Assembly: GCA_031291825.1 (NCBI GenBank)
Contig: JARLIG010000008.1
Location: forward strand, 5,674 to 69,673
Direction: 5' to 3'
Length of the DNA: 64,000 nt
Source: Minisyncoccota bacterium
GTDB lineage: Bacteria > Patescibacteriota > Minisyncoccia > Phycocordibacterales > UBA9973
The stretch's first letter is position 1; every line of letters starts with the position of its first letter. The notes beneath the pieces are model-generated. The model saw only the letters and a list, made by a program, of their open reading frames with translations, did no database searches and was not told the DNA's origin. The position numbers and the translations under genes are program-made. Shown here one piece after another: positions 26,958 through 35,749 of the stretch.

Positions 26958-28127
26958 ATGGAACCTCTAGCTTCAAAAATACGCCCGAAAGTTTTAAAGG
27001 ATTTTATCGGCCAAGAGCATCTCGTGGGTGCTGGAAAGCCTTTGCGTATCGCAATAGAAAAGAAACATTTGTTTTCTTTTCTTCTTTGGGGTCCGCCAGG
27101 TGTTGGTAAGACGACACTGGCTCGGATGTATGCTGAAGCTCTCGACGCGGACTTTTTTCAGCTTTCTGCCGTTTCGGCGGGGAAGGATGACATTCGAAAA
27201 ATTATCGACCCCGATAGCAGAGCGAAGCTCGCTACGGGGCAGGAGAAGGAAAAAAAGCCCAAAGTACTTTTCTTAGATGAGATACATAGATTCAATAAAA
27301 GCCAGCAAGATTTTCTCTTGCCTTTTGTGGAGTCAGGGGAGTTGACCTTAATCGGCGCGACGACGGAGAATCCGAGTTTTGAAGTTATCTCTCCGCTTCT
27401 TTCACGTTGCCGAGTTTTTGTCTTGAATGAACTTTCAAATGACGAGATGTTGCTCATCATCGCACGAGTGGAAAAAAGTGAAAAAATAAAATTAGATGCC
27501 GCTTCAAAAGATTGGCTCGTAATGATGGCAAACGGCGATGCGCGCCAAGCCATCGCGATGTTCGAAGCCACTTTGCGTTTATATGGAAAAATAAATGTGG
27601 AAAATCTAAAAGAAACTTTGCAGTCAAAATTTTTGCGTTACGACAAAAGAGGCGAAGAGCACTACAACACCATCAGCGCTTTTATTAAAAGCATGCGCGC
27701 CAGCCAGCCTGACGCCGCGCTCTACTATATGTGCAGGATGATTGAATCTGGGGAAGACCCGATTTTTATTGCTCGACGAATGGTGGTTTTTGCGAGTGAA
27801 GATATTGGGCTCGCGGTGCCGACAGCGCTTGTTGTCGCGAACGCGGTTTTTCGTGCGGTGGAAACTATCGGTTTGCCAGAATGCGCGGAGAATTTAGCGC
27901 ACGGCGTGGTTTATTTGTCGCAAGCGAAAAAAGACCGCTCTGCTTATAATGCTTACCTCGCAGCTATGGAAGATGTAAAAAAATTCGGCAATTTGCCTAT
28001 ACCGCTCAATATCCGTAACCCAGTCACGAAGCTCATGAAAGAATTAGATTATGGAAAAGGTTATGAAAAATATACCAAAGAAGACCTTTTGCCCGAGAAA
28101 CTTAAAAAGAAGAAATATTTAAACTAA
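26958..28127 (+). CDS. rarA: Replication-associated recombination protein A (MgsA/RarA)
   Basis: PLASKIRP, GPPGVGKTT, DEIHRFNKSQQD, GATTENPSF, ISAFIKSMR; start ATG 26958. Confidence 0.95.
   Translation: MEPLASKIRPKVLKDFIGQEHLVGAGKPLRIAIEKKHLFSFLLWGPPGVGKTTLARMYAEALDADFFQLSAVSAGKDDIRKIIDPDSRAKLATGQEKEKKPKVLFLDEIHRFNKSQQDFLLPFVESGELTLIGATTENPSFEVISPLLSRCRVFVLNELSNDEMLLIIARVEKSEKIKLDAASKDWLVMMANGDARQAIAMFEATLRLYGKINVENLKETLQSKFLRYDKRGEEHYNTISAFIKSMRASQPDAALYYMCRMIESGEDPIFIARRMVVFASEDIGLAVPTALVVANAVFRAVETIGLPECAENLAHGVVYLSQAKKDRSAYNAYLAAMEDVKKFGNLPIPLNIRNPVTKLMKELDYGKGYEKYTKEDLLPEKLKKKKYLN
27208..27240 (-). repeat. GCCCCG...GGGGT hairpin element, in-frame in rarA
   Basis: Plus strand ACCCCGATAGCAGAGCGAAGCTCGCTACGGGGC (33 bp), encoding PDSRAKLATG. 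Confidence 0.75.
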
Positions 28128-28150
28128 TTTTAAAATGTTATAATGGGTGC

Positions 28151-29338
28151 ATGGAAAAGAAAAGATTTTTAGGTGTGGACCCGGACGTTGTCAGGTTGGG
28201 GTGGGTGAGCTTTTTGACAGATATCAGTTCGGAAGCAATTTTTTCTGTTTTCTCTATATTTTTCACAGTTATTTTAGGTGCTTCGGCGGCGTTGCTTGGG
28301 CTAGTGGAAGGGTTTGCCGATTTTTCGGCATCTTCACTCGATTATCTTTCTGGTTGGCTCTCGGATAAATCTGGTAAAAGAAAACCGCTTGCATTGATTG
28401 GTTATGGTTTTTCCACTTTAGCCAAAGCGATACTATTAGTGGCGACATCAGTCTCAGCGCTTGCTGCTTTTCGTATCATTGAACGTCTAGGGAAAAGTTT
28501 CCGTGGTCCGCCGAGAGATGCTTGGCTCGCTTCTGTCGCCGAAGAATCAAATAAAGGTTACGCTTTTGGTTTGCACAATGCGATGGATAAAGCAGGCGCA
28601 ATTTTGGGGCCACTCGTCGCTTACTTTTTACTTTTATGGATGGGGCAGGGTATGGGCACTTTTAAATTAATTTTTATTATCTCAATGTGTGGCGCAGTTG
28701 CGGCGGTTTTGGTTTTATTTTTCATGAAAGACCGCCCGGGAGCAACGCATGAAAAAGAAAATATTTTTAAAGCTTGGAAAACTTTGAGTGCTGGATTTAA
28801 AAGATATTTAGTTTCAGCTGGGATTTTTTCTTTAGCTTATTTCAGCTTTGGTTTTCTTTTGCTTAAAGCTTACAAAATCGGTTTTTCGATTAAAGATGTC
28901 GTTTTACTTTATGCGCTTTTCAATACTTCTTTTGTGGCGCTGTCAGTACCAATAGGGAAGCTGGGAGATTTTATTGGAAGAAAATATATCATTGTTTTGG
29001 AATATCTTATTTACATAACGATGTCCCTCGGTTTCGTTTTTGCCAAATCAAAAGCAGAAGTGATTATTTTATTTTTGATGTTTGGAATTTTTTACAGTAT
29101 CGATGAAGCACAAAGTAAAGTTTTTATCACTGACATCGAAAAAGATAGGCGAGCGACGGCTATCGGGATGTATAATTTTGTGACTGGTTTGATTTATCTG
29201 CCGGCGTCAGCTATTGCGGGATTCCTGTGGATTTTAAATCCAGCTTACGCTTTCATCTTTGCTGCCGCGGTGACCTTTATCGCGATGTGTGTATTTATTG
29301 TCCTTAAATCTTGGCGTAAACCAATATTATCAATATGA
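28151..29338 (+). CDS. MFS transporter
   Basis: GWLSDKSGKRKP, RLGKSFRGPPRDA, GKLGDFIGRK; about 12 TMs. Confidence 0.92.
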   Translation: MEKKRFLGVDPDVVRLGWVSFLTDISSEAIFSVFSIFFTVILGASAALLGLVEGFADFSASSLDYLSGWLSDKSGKRKPLALIGYGFSTLAKAILLVATSVSALAAFRIIERLGKSFRGPPRDAWLASVAEESNKGYAFGLHNAMDKAGAILGPLVAYFLLLWMGQGMGTFKLIFIISMCGAVAAVLVLFFMKDRPGATHEKENIFKAWKTLSAGFKRYLVSAGIFSLAYFSFGFLLLKAYKIGFSIKDVVLLYALFNTSFVALSVPIGKLGDFIGRKYIIVLEYLIYITMSLGFVFAKSKAEVIILFLMFGIFYSIDEAQSKVFITDIEKDRRATAIGMYNFVTGLIYLPASAIAGFLWILNPAYAFIFAAAVTFIAMCVFIVLKSWRKPILSI

Positions 29339-30006
29339 GTCTAAACATCAAAACAACTACAGACGAAGGAGAGGTGGCGAATTTTGTCGCTTCGGCGGTG
29401 CTTGATAAATTGCAATCAGGCAAGTGTGTTTTACTTTTTTTAACTGGCGGTTCTTCTATTTCTATTGGCGTAAAAATTGCCGATATCTTAAAACAAAAAG
29501 ATAAGAATTTACTAAAAAATTTAGTAGTTACTTTAACCGACGAAAGGTATGGTCCGGTGGACCACTTTAATTCAAACTTTTTTCAACTCACCGAAAAAGG
29601 TTTTTCATTGCCGAATGCAAAAATTATTCCTGTTTTAATTGACGATGATCGCAATATCACCACGGAAAAATTTGCGATACATCTTAATGAAGAATTCACC
29701 AAAGCGGAGTATAAAATAGGTCTGTTCGGTGTTGGCGTAGATGGTCACACCGCAGGAATTTTGCCGAATTCGGAAGCGACGCACGCGGATAAATTGGCTT
29801 TCACCTATGACACGGCGACATTTTCCAGAATCACGATGACTTTTAAGGCGATAGAGAAACTGGACGAAGCAGTTGTTTGGATGCAGGGCAAAGAAAAATG
29901 GCCTATAATAGAAGACCTTAAGACAGAGATAGATATCATAAAGCAACCAGCGCAAATTTTGAAAAAAGTTACATTATTAACAATCTTTAGTGATTACAAA
30001 AATTAA
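29335..30006 (+). CDS. pgl: 6-phosphogluconolactonase-like protein
   Basis: LTGGSS, TDERYG, GVGVDGHTAG, RITMT; upstream of gnd-zwf. Confidence 0.75.
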   Translation: MSLNIKTTTDEGEVANFVASAVLDKLQSGKCVLLFLTGGSSISIGVKIADILKQKDKNLLKNLVVTLTDERYGPVDHFNSNFFQLTEKGFSLPNAKIIPVLIDDDRNITTEKFAIHLNEEFTKAEYKIGLFGVGVDGHTAGILPNSEATHADKLAFTYDTATFSRITMTFKAIEKLDEAVVWMQGKEKWPIIEDLKTEIDIIKQPAQILKKVTLLTIFSDYKN

Positions 30007-30011
30007 AAAAC

Positions 30012-30920
30012 ATGAAAATAGCGATTGATGGTTTGGGAAAAATGGGAGCACAGATTGCGAAAAAATTGCATGAAGGTGGGCATGAGGTGATTGTTTACAA
30101 TCGCAGTCCAAAATCTATCGATGAGATGGCTGCTTTGGGGATGAAACCAGCTTACGAAAAGGAAGATGTGGCAAAATATTTTGAAGGCGAGCAAGCGATT
30201 CTGTGGATAATGATACCATCTGATGCTGTTGACCAAGAGTTAGCGGAGTGGATGAAAATTTTACCGAAAGATAGTATTTTAATCGACGGAGGAAACTCTG
30301 ATTTTCGTCTGACGAAAAAACGCGCAGAATTAGTTGCACAAAGTGGCTCTGTTTTAATGGACGTCGGCACGAGTGGGGGAGTTTGGGGTTATCAAAACGG
30401 ATTTTGTATGATGGCGGGTGGAGATGCTGAAACTTTTAAAAAGATTGAATCGATTTTAAAAACATTAAAAAATCCTACTGGTGACTATCGCTATTTTGGA
30501 GAATCTGGCGCGGGGCATTATGTGAAAATGACGCACAATGCAATTGAGTATGGAATGATGGAAAGTTTGGCAGAGGGTTATCGTCTTTTAAAGGAAGGTC
30601 CGTATAAAAATTTGGATTTAGTTTCTGCCGGAGAAGTTTGGCAACATCATAGTGTCATAACTTCTTGGTTGAATGAGTTGACAGTCGGTGCTTTGAAAGA
30701 AAATTCAGAATTAAAAGATGTGGAAGGTGTGGTCGTAGAGTCTGGCGAAGCGCGTTTTGCATTAGAAGTTGGTAAAGAGTTTCAAATAGAAATGCCTTCT
30801 ATTCAAAGTGCTTTTGATGTACGAATTGCTTCACAAAAAGGAAAAATTAATTTTGCGACTAAATTATTGGCTTTGATGCGTAATGCTTTTGGCGGACATA
30901 AAATAAATGAACAAAAATAA
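30012..30920 (+). CDS. gnd: 6-phosphogluconate dehydrogenase (short YqeC type)
   Basis: GLGKMG, IDGGNS, DVGTSGG, GAGHYVKMTHNAIEYG, RNAFGGH. Confidence 0.93.
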   Translation: MKIAIDGLGKMGAQIAKKLHEGGHEVIVYNRSPKSIDEMAALGMKPAYEKEDVAKYFEGEQAILWIMIPSDAVDQELAEWMKILPKDSILIDGGNSDFRLTKKRAELVAQSGSVLMDVGTSGGVWGYQNGFCMMAGGDAETFKKIESILKTLKNPTGDYRYFGESGAGHYVKMTHNAIEYGMMESLAEGYRLLKEGPYKNLDLVSAGEVWQHHSVITSWLNELTVGALKENSELKDVEGVVVESGEARFALEVGKEFQIEMPSIQSAFDVRIASQKGKINFATKLLALMRNAFGGHKINEQK

Positions 30921-31929
30921 TGATACAACCTTTATAATTTTTGGTGCCTCAGGAGATCTGGCTAAGCGTTATATATTGCCAGCGCTTCAAAACATGGATT
31001 TCCAAGGTGAGATTGTACCCATTTCTCGTAAAGATTATGGAAATTTAAAGAATCTAATTAGAGGAGATGGAGAAAAAATTTTTCATCTGGCGGTGCCTCC
31101 AGAAGCTGTGTCGGATGTCGTAAAATTAATTAGTGATAATTTTAGCGGAGACAAAATAAAAATAATGCTTGAGAAACCCTTTGGCAGAGATTTAGAATCT
31201 GCCAGGGTGTTGATTGAGCATATTGATAAATATTTTTCAGAGAATCAGATTTATCGAACCGACCATTATTTAGCAAAGCAGTCACTAGAGAGGGTGGTGA
31301 ATGAAAATTGGGAAAAAAAAGGAATTAGCAAGATAGAAATTATTGCCAGTGAGAAAATAGACATAGAAGGCAGAGTTAATTTTTATGAACAGACTGGAGC
31401 GTTGAAAGATTTTTTACAAAGCCATCTACTGGAAATGCTTGCCGTAGTGCTTTCTCAGTCATTTAATGAATCTCGTCGCTATGATGCCTTAAAGAATCTT
31501 CAGATAGTTTGCGATATAAAAAAACATGAGTGCGTAAAAAGAGGGCAGTATGAAGGATATCGCAAGGAGGTTGATAATGAGGAAAGTATGACGGAAACTT
31601 TTGTTTCGGTTAATATAATTTCACAAGACCCACAATGGCTTGGAGTGCCGATGGTTCTTTCTACCGGTAAAGCTTTATCAGAAAAATTTACGGAGATAAG
31701 AATCGAATACAAAGATAGCAGTAAAAAAGTTTTTAGTATCGAGCATGAGCCCGATGCTTACGGGCGAGTTATTAGAGCCGTTCTCGAAGGTAATCATGAC
31801 TTATTCATTGGCAGTGGTGAAATTCTAGAGACTTGGAGAATATTGGATTCCATCCAGCAATCTTGGAAAAATTCCAAAGAAAATTTAATCATCTATAAAA
31901 AAGGGAGTGCTGTTAATGAAATATTATGA
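30907..31929 (+). CDS. zwf: Glucose-6-phosphate dehydrogenase, unusually short
   Basis: FGASGDLA, EKPFGRD, YRTDHYLAK, GALKDFLQSHL, GQYEGY, TETF, DAYGR. Confidence 0.88.
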   Translation: MNKNNDTTFIIFGASGDLAKRYILPALQNMDFQGEIVPISRKDYGNLKNLIRGDGEKIFHLAVPPEAVSDVVKLISDNFSGDKIKIMLEKPFGRDLESARVLIEHIDKYFSENQIYRTDHYLAKQSLERVVNENWEKKGISKIEIIASEKIDIEGRVNFYEQTGALKDFLQSHLLEMLAVVLSQSFNESRRYDALKNLQIVCDIKKHECVKRGQYEGYRKEVDNEESMTETFVSVNIISQDPQWLGVPMVLSTGKALSEKFTEIRIEYKDSSKKVFSIEHEPDAYGRVIRAVLEGNHDLFIGSGEILETWRILDSIQQSWKNSKENLIIYKKGSAVNEIL

Positions 31930-31939
31930 GTGAAATTTT

Positions 31940-33055
31940 ATGATTGCGATTTTTGTTCTCGTCATTTCAATATTTCTCGGACTGATGCATCTCATTATTT
32001 ATGAGGCACTTATTTCACTTTTTACTTTATCCACGACAGGGCAATTAATTCTCGGAATTATTCTAGTGGTGCTATGTTTTAGTTTTGTTTTGTCTTCGGT
32101 TTTTAATTTTAATTTCAATAATTTATTTACCAGAATTTATTATCGTATATCGGCGGCATGGCTCGGGATGGCTTTTTATTTGTTTCTAGTTTCTTGTCTG
32201 TATGTTTTAGCCCTTTCGGTTTTACCGACTTCTAGCGTGTCTATTTTGAACAATTTCGGAATTTTATTTTTTGCCTTGGCTGTCGTCGTTAGTATTTATG
32301 GTTTTTTTCATGCTCGCAATATTTTAATTAAGAATGTAAATATTGTCTTACCAAATTTGCCCAAAGGTTGGGAAGGTAAAAAAGCCGTTTTTATTAGCGA
32401 TATACATCTAGGCGCAGTCAATGGAGAAAATTTTGCTAAAAAAATTGTCACCAAAATAAATGAGCTCAATCCAGAAATGGTTTTAATCGGTGGAGACCTT
32501 TATGATGGGGTAAAAGTCAATGAATTAGCAATAGTAAAACCATTTGCAGATTTACACCCAACCCTTGGAACATATTTTGTGACAGGTAACCACGAGGAGT
32601 TTCGCGACAATAGCCTTTATCTTAAAGCTATTAGAAATATTGGGATTAGTGTTTTAACCAATGAAATATTAACCATAAACGGTTTACAGCTGGTTGGTGT
32701 AGATGACCGTGATTCGATAAATGCCGAAAAATTTAAAGTTATTCTTGAAAATTTAAAAATTGATAAAAATAAACCAACCATTCTTTTAAAGCACCAGCCA
32801 TTGCAACTTGATATAGCTGAGAAAGCAGGAATAAATTTACAAATTTCTGGGCACACACACAAAGCGCAAGTTTTTCCGCTTAATATTTCCACTCATTTTA
32901 TTTTCAAAGGTTATGATTATGGTTTTCGTATGTTGAAAAAAATGGCTGTTTATACTTCGAGCGGGGTAGGAACTTGGGGTCCGCCACTTCGCGTCGGCTC
33001 CGACAGTGAGATTGTTGTTTTAACTTTTACCACACCAGCTGAACCAAAGAAATAA
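31940..33055 (+). CDS. Membrane-bound metallophosphoesterase (YkuE-like)
   Basis: SDIHLG, GGDLYD, TGNHE, SGHTH, GTWGPPLR. Confidence 0.92.
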   Translation: MIAIFVLVISIFLGLMHLIIYEALISLFTLSTTGQLILGIILVVLCFSFVLSSVFNFNFNNLFTRIYYRISAAWLGMAFYLFLVSCLYVLALSVLPTSSVSILNNFGILFFALAVVVSIYGFFHARNILIKNVNIVLPNLPKGWEGKKAVFISDIHLGAVNGENFAKKIVTKINELNPEMVLIGGDLYDGVKVNELAIVKPFADLHPTLGTYFVTGNHEEFRDNSLYLKAIRNIGISVLTNEILTINGLQLVGVDDRDSINAEKFKVILENLKIDKNKPTILLKHQPLQLDIAEKAGINLQISGHTHKAQVFPLNISTHFIFKGYDYGFRMLKKMAVYTSSGVGTWGPPLRVGSDSEIVVLTFTTPAEPKK

Positions 33056-33659
33056 TTATTACCAAGCAGACTTGAATAATAATATTCATTAAGACAAATG
33101 TGACCGCGAGCATTCCCAAATGATTAAAGAATTGCCAAGGGATAAAGACCAGCAGAATTATCAAAACCCAGACATTTTTTAAATCTTGCACCGATGGACC
33201 AATCATCGCTCCCATATTTAATAATAAAAATATTAAAACCCAATCTTTCCACAGAGTGAGATTGACATGGCTGAGAAATTTAAAGAAATCATTCAGGAAA
33301 AATTTCCAGTTAGTAAATGCCGGCATGATAAACTGATTCGCCAGAAAAAATTTATTGACTAAAAATAAAAAACCTATTCCTCCCAAAATCGGTGCGATAG
33401 AAATAAGTAAATTTCCCAATATCGGAACTTTTGGATTCGAGTAGGTGACTTGTGGCTGAATAGAGATGACTGTGTATTTGTGAATTTTTGCGCCCATCAA
33501 AAGAGCGAGAAGGGCGTGAGAACTTTCATGGATAAATGCTCCGAAATAGTAGAGTAAATGATTTATTTTGTAATTCAAAAAATGCCAGTTGAGCCAATTG
33601 CTGACATATCCGAGTGCGCTAATGATGATAATAATTATTCCGATCGTAAACTCCTGCAT
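33027..33659 (-). CDS. M50-like membrane metallopeptidase
   Basis: IHESSH, ISIAP, PSVQD; multiple TMs. Confidence 0.7.
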   Translation of the reverse strand: MQEFTIGIIIIIISALGYVSNWLNWHFLNYKINHLLYYFGAFIHESSHALLALLMGAKIHKYTVISIQPQVTYSNPKVPILGNLLISIAPILGGIGFLFLVNKFFLANQFIMPAFTNWKFFLNDFFKFLSHVNLTLWKDWVLIFLLLNMGAMIGPSVQDLKNVWVLIILLVFIPWQFFNHLGMLAVTFVLMNIIIQVCLVIIISLVQLVW

Positions 33660-33712
33660 CTTCTAAGATTAGCATGTTTATCTTTTTATTTTAAATTTGC
33701 TATAATACACTT

Positions 33713-34150
33713 ATGAAAATCGAATGGAACAAAGTAACTTGGTATTCTAAATTAATAGCCGTAATTTTATTTGTCGTGGTTTTTTATTTTGGTTTTTCTT
33801 TAGGTAAAGAAGCAGGGGAAATAGTGCCGACTATTCCGGTGCAAATACCTGTAGTAAAACCTATCAACACTGTCTCTTATTCTTGCGATGCAGGTAAGAC
33901 TATCGTCGCAGCTTTTTATCAAGGAGTAGCTAAACCAGTCGCAGCTGGAGATATGCCTATTCCGACTGGAAGTGTGGTTTTGAAGCTAAGCGATGGACGT
34001 TCCATGACCTTACCACAAACAATTTCCGCAGACGGAGGAAGGTATGCAAACAAAGACGAATCTTTTGTTTTTTGGAGTAAGGGCAATGGAGCTTTTGTAA
34101 CCGAAAGTGACCCAAATATCCAAACTTACAGCAATTGTGTTACAAAATAA
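33713..34150 (+). CDS. MliC/PliC-family lysozyme inhibitor domain protein
   Basis: YSC...LPQTISADGGRYAN...FWSKGNGA...C. Confidence 0.85.
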   Translation: MKIEWNKVTWYSKLIAVILFVVVFYFGFSLGKEAGEIVPTIPVQIPVVKPINTVSYSCDAGKTIVAAFYQGVAKPVAAGDMPIPTGSVVLKLSDGRSMTLPQTISADGGRYANKDESFVFWSKGNGAFVTESDPNIQTYSNCVTK

Positions 34151-34165
34151 TTAATATTATATAGG

Positions 34166-34174
34166 TGTGGATAA
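34166..34174 (-). promoter_or_regulatory. Perfect DnaA box abutting palindromic element
   Basis: TGTGGATAA, 2 nt before the element. Confidence 0.55.
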
Positions 34175-34176
34175 AC

Positions 34177-34224
34177 CTCCAGACGTTGGACGTCTGTAAG
34201 CTTACAGACGTCCAACGTCTGGAG
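34177..34224. repeat. 48-bp nested palindromic element, copy 2 (intergenic)
   Basis: CTCCAGACGTTGGACGTCTGTAAGCTTACAGACGTCCAACGTCTGGAG, perfect palindrome. Confidence 0.95.
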
Positions 34225-34324
34225 TCAATGCTTCATGAAATAAATTTCATTGAATCTTCATTTAAGAGGTGTATAATGTGCTAAGCAAAGGTCAAATTAA
34301 CAGTTAATTATTATTAATAAATTT

Positions 34325-34663
34325 ATGGAAAATATGGATAAAAAAGAATGTGGATGCGCAGAAGGTAAGTGTGCTTGTGGTTCTATGGGTCATATGCATG
34401 GTTGTCATGGTGGAATGTATCATCTTCTAAAAGTAGTTTTGAAGATTTTCATCCTAATCATTATCTTTTGGTGTGGATTCCAGCTTGGTCAAGAATCTGG
34501 TTTAATCAAGGCAGAATATGGACGCGCTATGATGATGAGTCAAAGAGGAGGTGCTTCTAATTTTGGAATGATGGGTGGTAATAGTGGTTGGAACAATAAT
34601 ACTTCTGGTGTTATGATTCCAGCAACCAACGCTACTCCTGTAGTGCCAACACCAGCTAAATAA
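34325..34663 (+). CDS. Membrane protein with Cys/His-rich N-terminus
   Basis: CGCAEGKCACG..HMHGCH, one TM, Gly/Met-rich tail. Confidence 0.75.
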   Translation: MENMDKKECGCAEGKCACGSMGHMHGCHGGMYHLLKVVLKIFILIIIFWCGFQLGQESGLIKAEYGRAMMMSQRGGASNFGMMGGNSGWNNNTSGVMIPATNATPVVPTPAK

Positions 34664-34681
34664 TTTTCAAATTAATATTTG

Positions 34682-34733
34682 AATAAGATAAAACAAAAAC
34701 CCTCCAATTGGAGGGTTTTTGTTTTATCTTATT
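34682..34733. terminator. Bidirectional terminator (perfect 52-bp palindrome)
   Basis: AATAAGATAAAACAAAAACCCTCCAA/TTGGAGGGTTTTTGTTTTATCTTATT between convergent genes. Confidence 0.85.
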
Positions 34734-34739
34734 AATTAA

Positions 34740-35579
34740 TTAGAAACCGAAGATGTGAGAGAAGAATGAACCAATGGCACCAAAGAATCCCTTTGGTTGT
34801 GGAGTTGTAGCTGTTGTGCTCGTTGATGCTTTTTGATCAATTACGCTTGAGGCGGTAACTGAATTTCCATTTACTGTTCCTTGGACGACGACATTGTCAC
34901 CGACAGCTATATTTGAAATGGTAATGGTTGTTTGTCCTTGGATAATTTTTGCGTTTGTTACATCAACAGTATAGGTCACATTGCTCTTGTTTGTGATAGT
35001 AAGCGTATTACCACTTAAAGAGGTGACTGCTCCAGCAACTACGGGTTGTCCGTTGCCAGTGATTGGTGAAGTCTGGTTTTGACCTGGTTGGCCATTATTA
35101 CTTGCGCCTGGTGTTCTTGCCATAACGCCATCACGAATTGTCGTAGCGACAAGATTGGTTCCGGTTAATGTACCTTGGGCCATAATTGTATCCCCGACAA
35201 CGATGCTAGAGATTGTTCCTGCAGCGTTACTTTTTGTAATCGTTGCATTTGTGGCATCTACTGTGTAAGTGGTGGTTGTAGGAGTGGCACTAGTGGTTGT
35301 TGAACCAGTGGTGTTTGGTCTCATTCCATGGGTACTAGTAATAGTTATGATACTTCCATTTATAGCAGAAACTGTACCGAACACGCTAGGCTTCATCATG
35401 CTCTTCATTCCGCCCATATGACCAGCTCCTCCCCAAGCATGGGGTTGGCCAGCGTACGCGCCATTATTAGGTCCTCCTGTTGGAGTGGTTGTCGTTTGTG
35501 CGAAAGCGGGAACAGCCATAGTTAAAACTGCTAATGCTGCTAAACCTATAAAACTAGAAACATATTTTTTATTTTGCAT
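34740..35579 (-). CDS. Secreted protein with two DUF5666-like OB domains
   Basis: Signal peptide; GTVSAINGS.ITI...YTVDATNA...VGD twice; amphipathic C-terminus. Confidence 0.8.
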   Translation of the reverse strand: MQNKKYVSSFIGLAALAVLTMAVPAFAQTTTTPTGGPNNGAYAGQPHAWGGAGHMGGMKSMMKPSVFGTVSAINGSIITITSTHGMRPNTTGSTTTSATPTTTTYTVDATNATITKSNAAGTISSIVVGDTIMAQGTLTGTNLVATTIRDGVMARTPGASNNGQPGQNQTSPITGNGQPVVAGAVTSLSGNTLTITNKSNVTYTVDVTNAKIIQGQTTITISNIAVGDNVVVQGTVNGNSVTASSVIDQKASTSTTATTPQPKGFFGAIGSFFSHIFGF

Positions 35580-35693
35580 ATATTAATTAGATTAATTATT
35601 AATTAGTAAACTTAATGAAGTAAACAATATATAACTTATAATAAACAGAATACGACATTTTCTGTGTGCTAATATATACGTGATATGTGAGGT

Positions 35694-35722
35694 AAATGGT
35701 GCATAACTTTGATGCACCATTT
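35694..35722. promoter_or_regulatory. Inverted repeat between divergent genes, candidate operator
   Basis: AAATGGTGCAT-N7-ATGCACCATTT. Confidence 0.4.
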
Positions 35723-35749
35723 TTAATTATTTTGGCGTATAATATATAT

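Noticed and set aside
34682-34733. 52-bp perfect palindrome as a member of the mobile family
   Set aside because: No AGACGT motif; A/T tails and position between convergent genes fit a bidirectional terminator.
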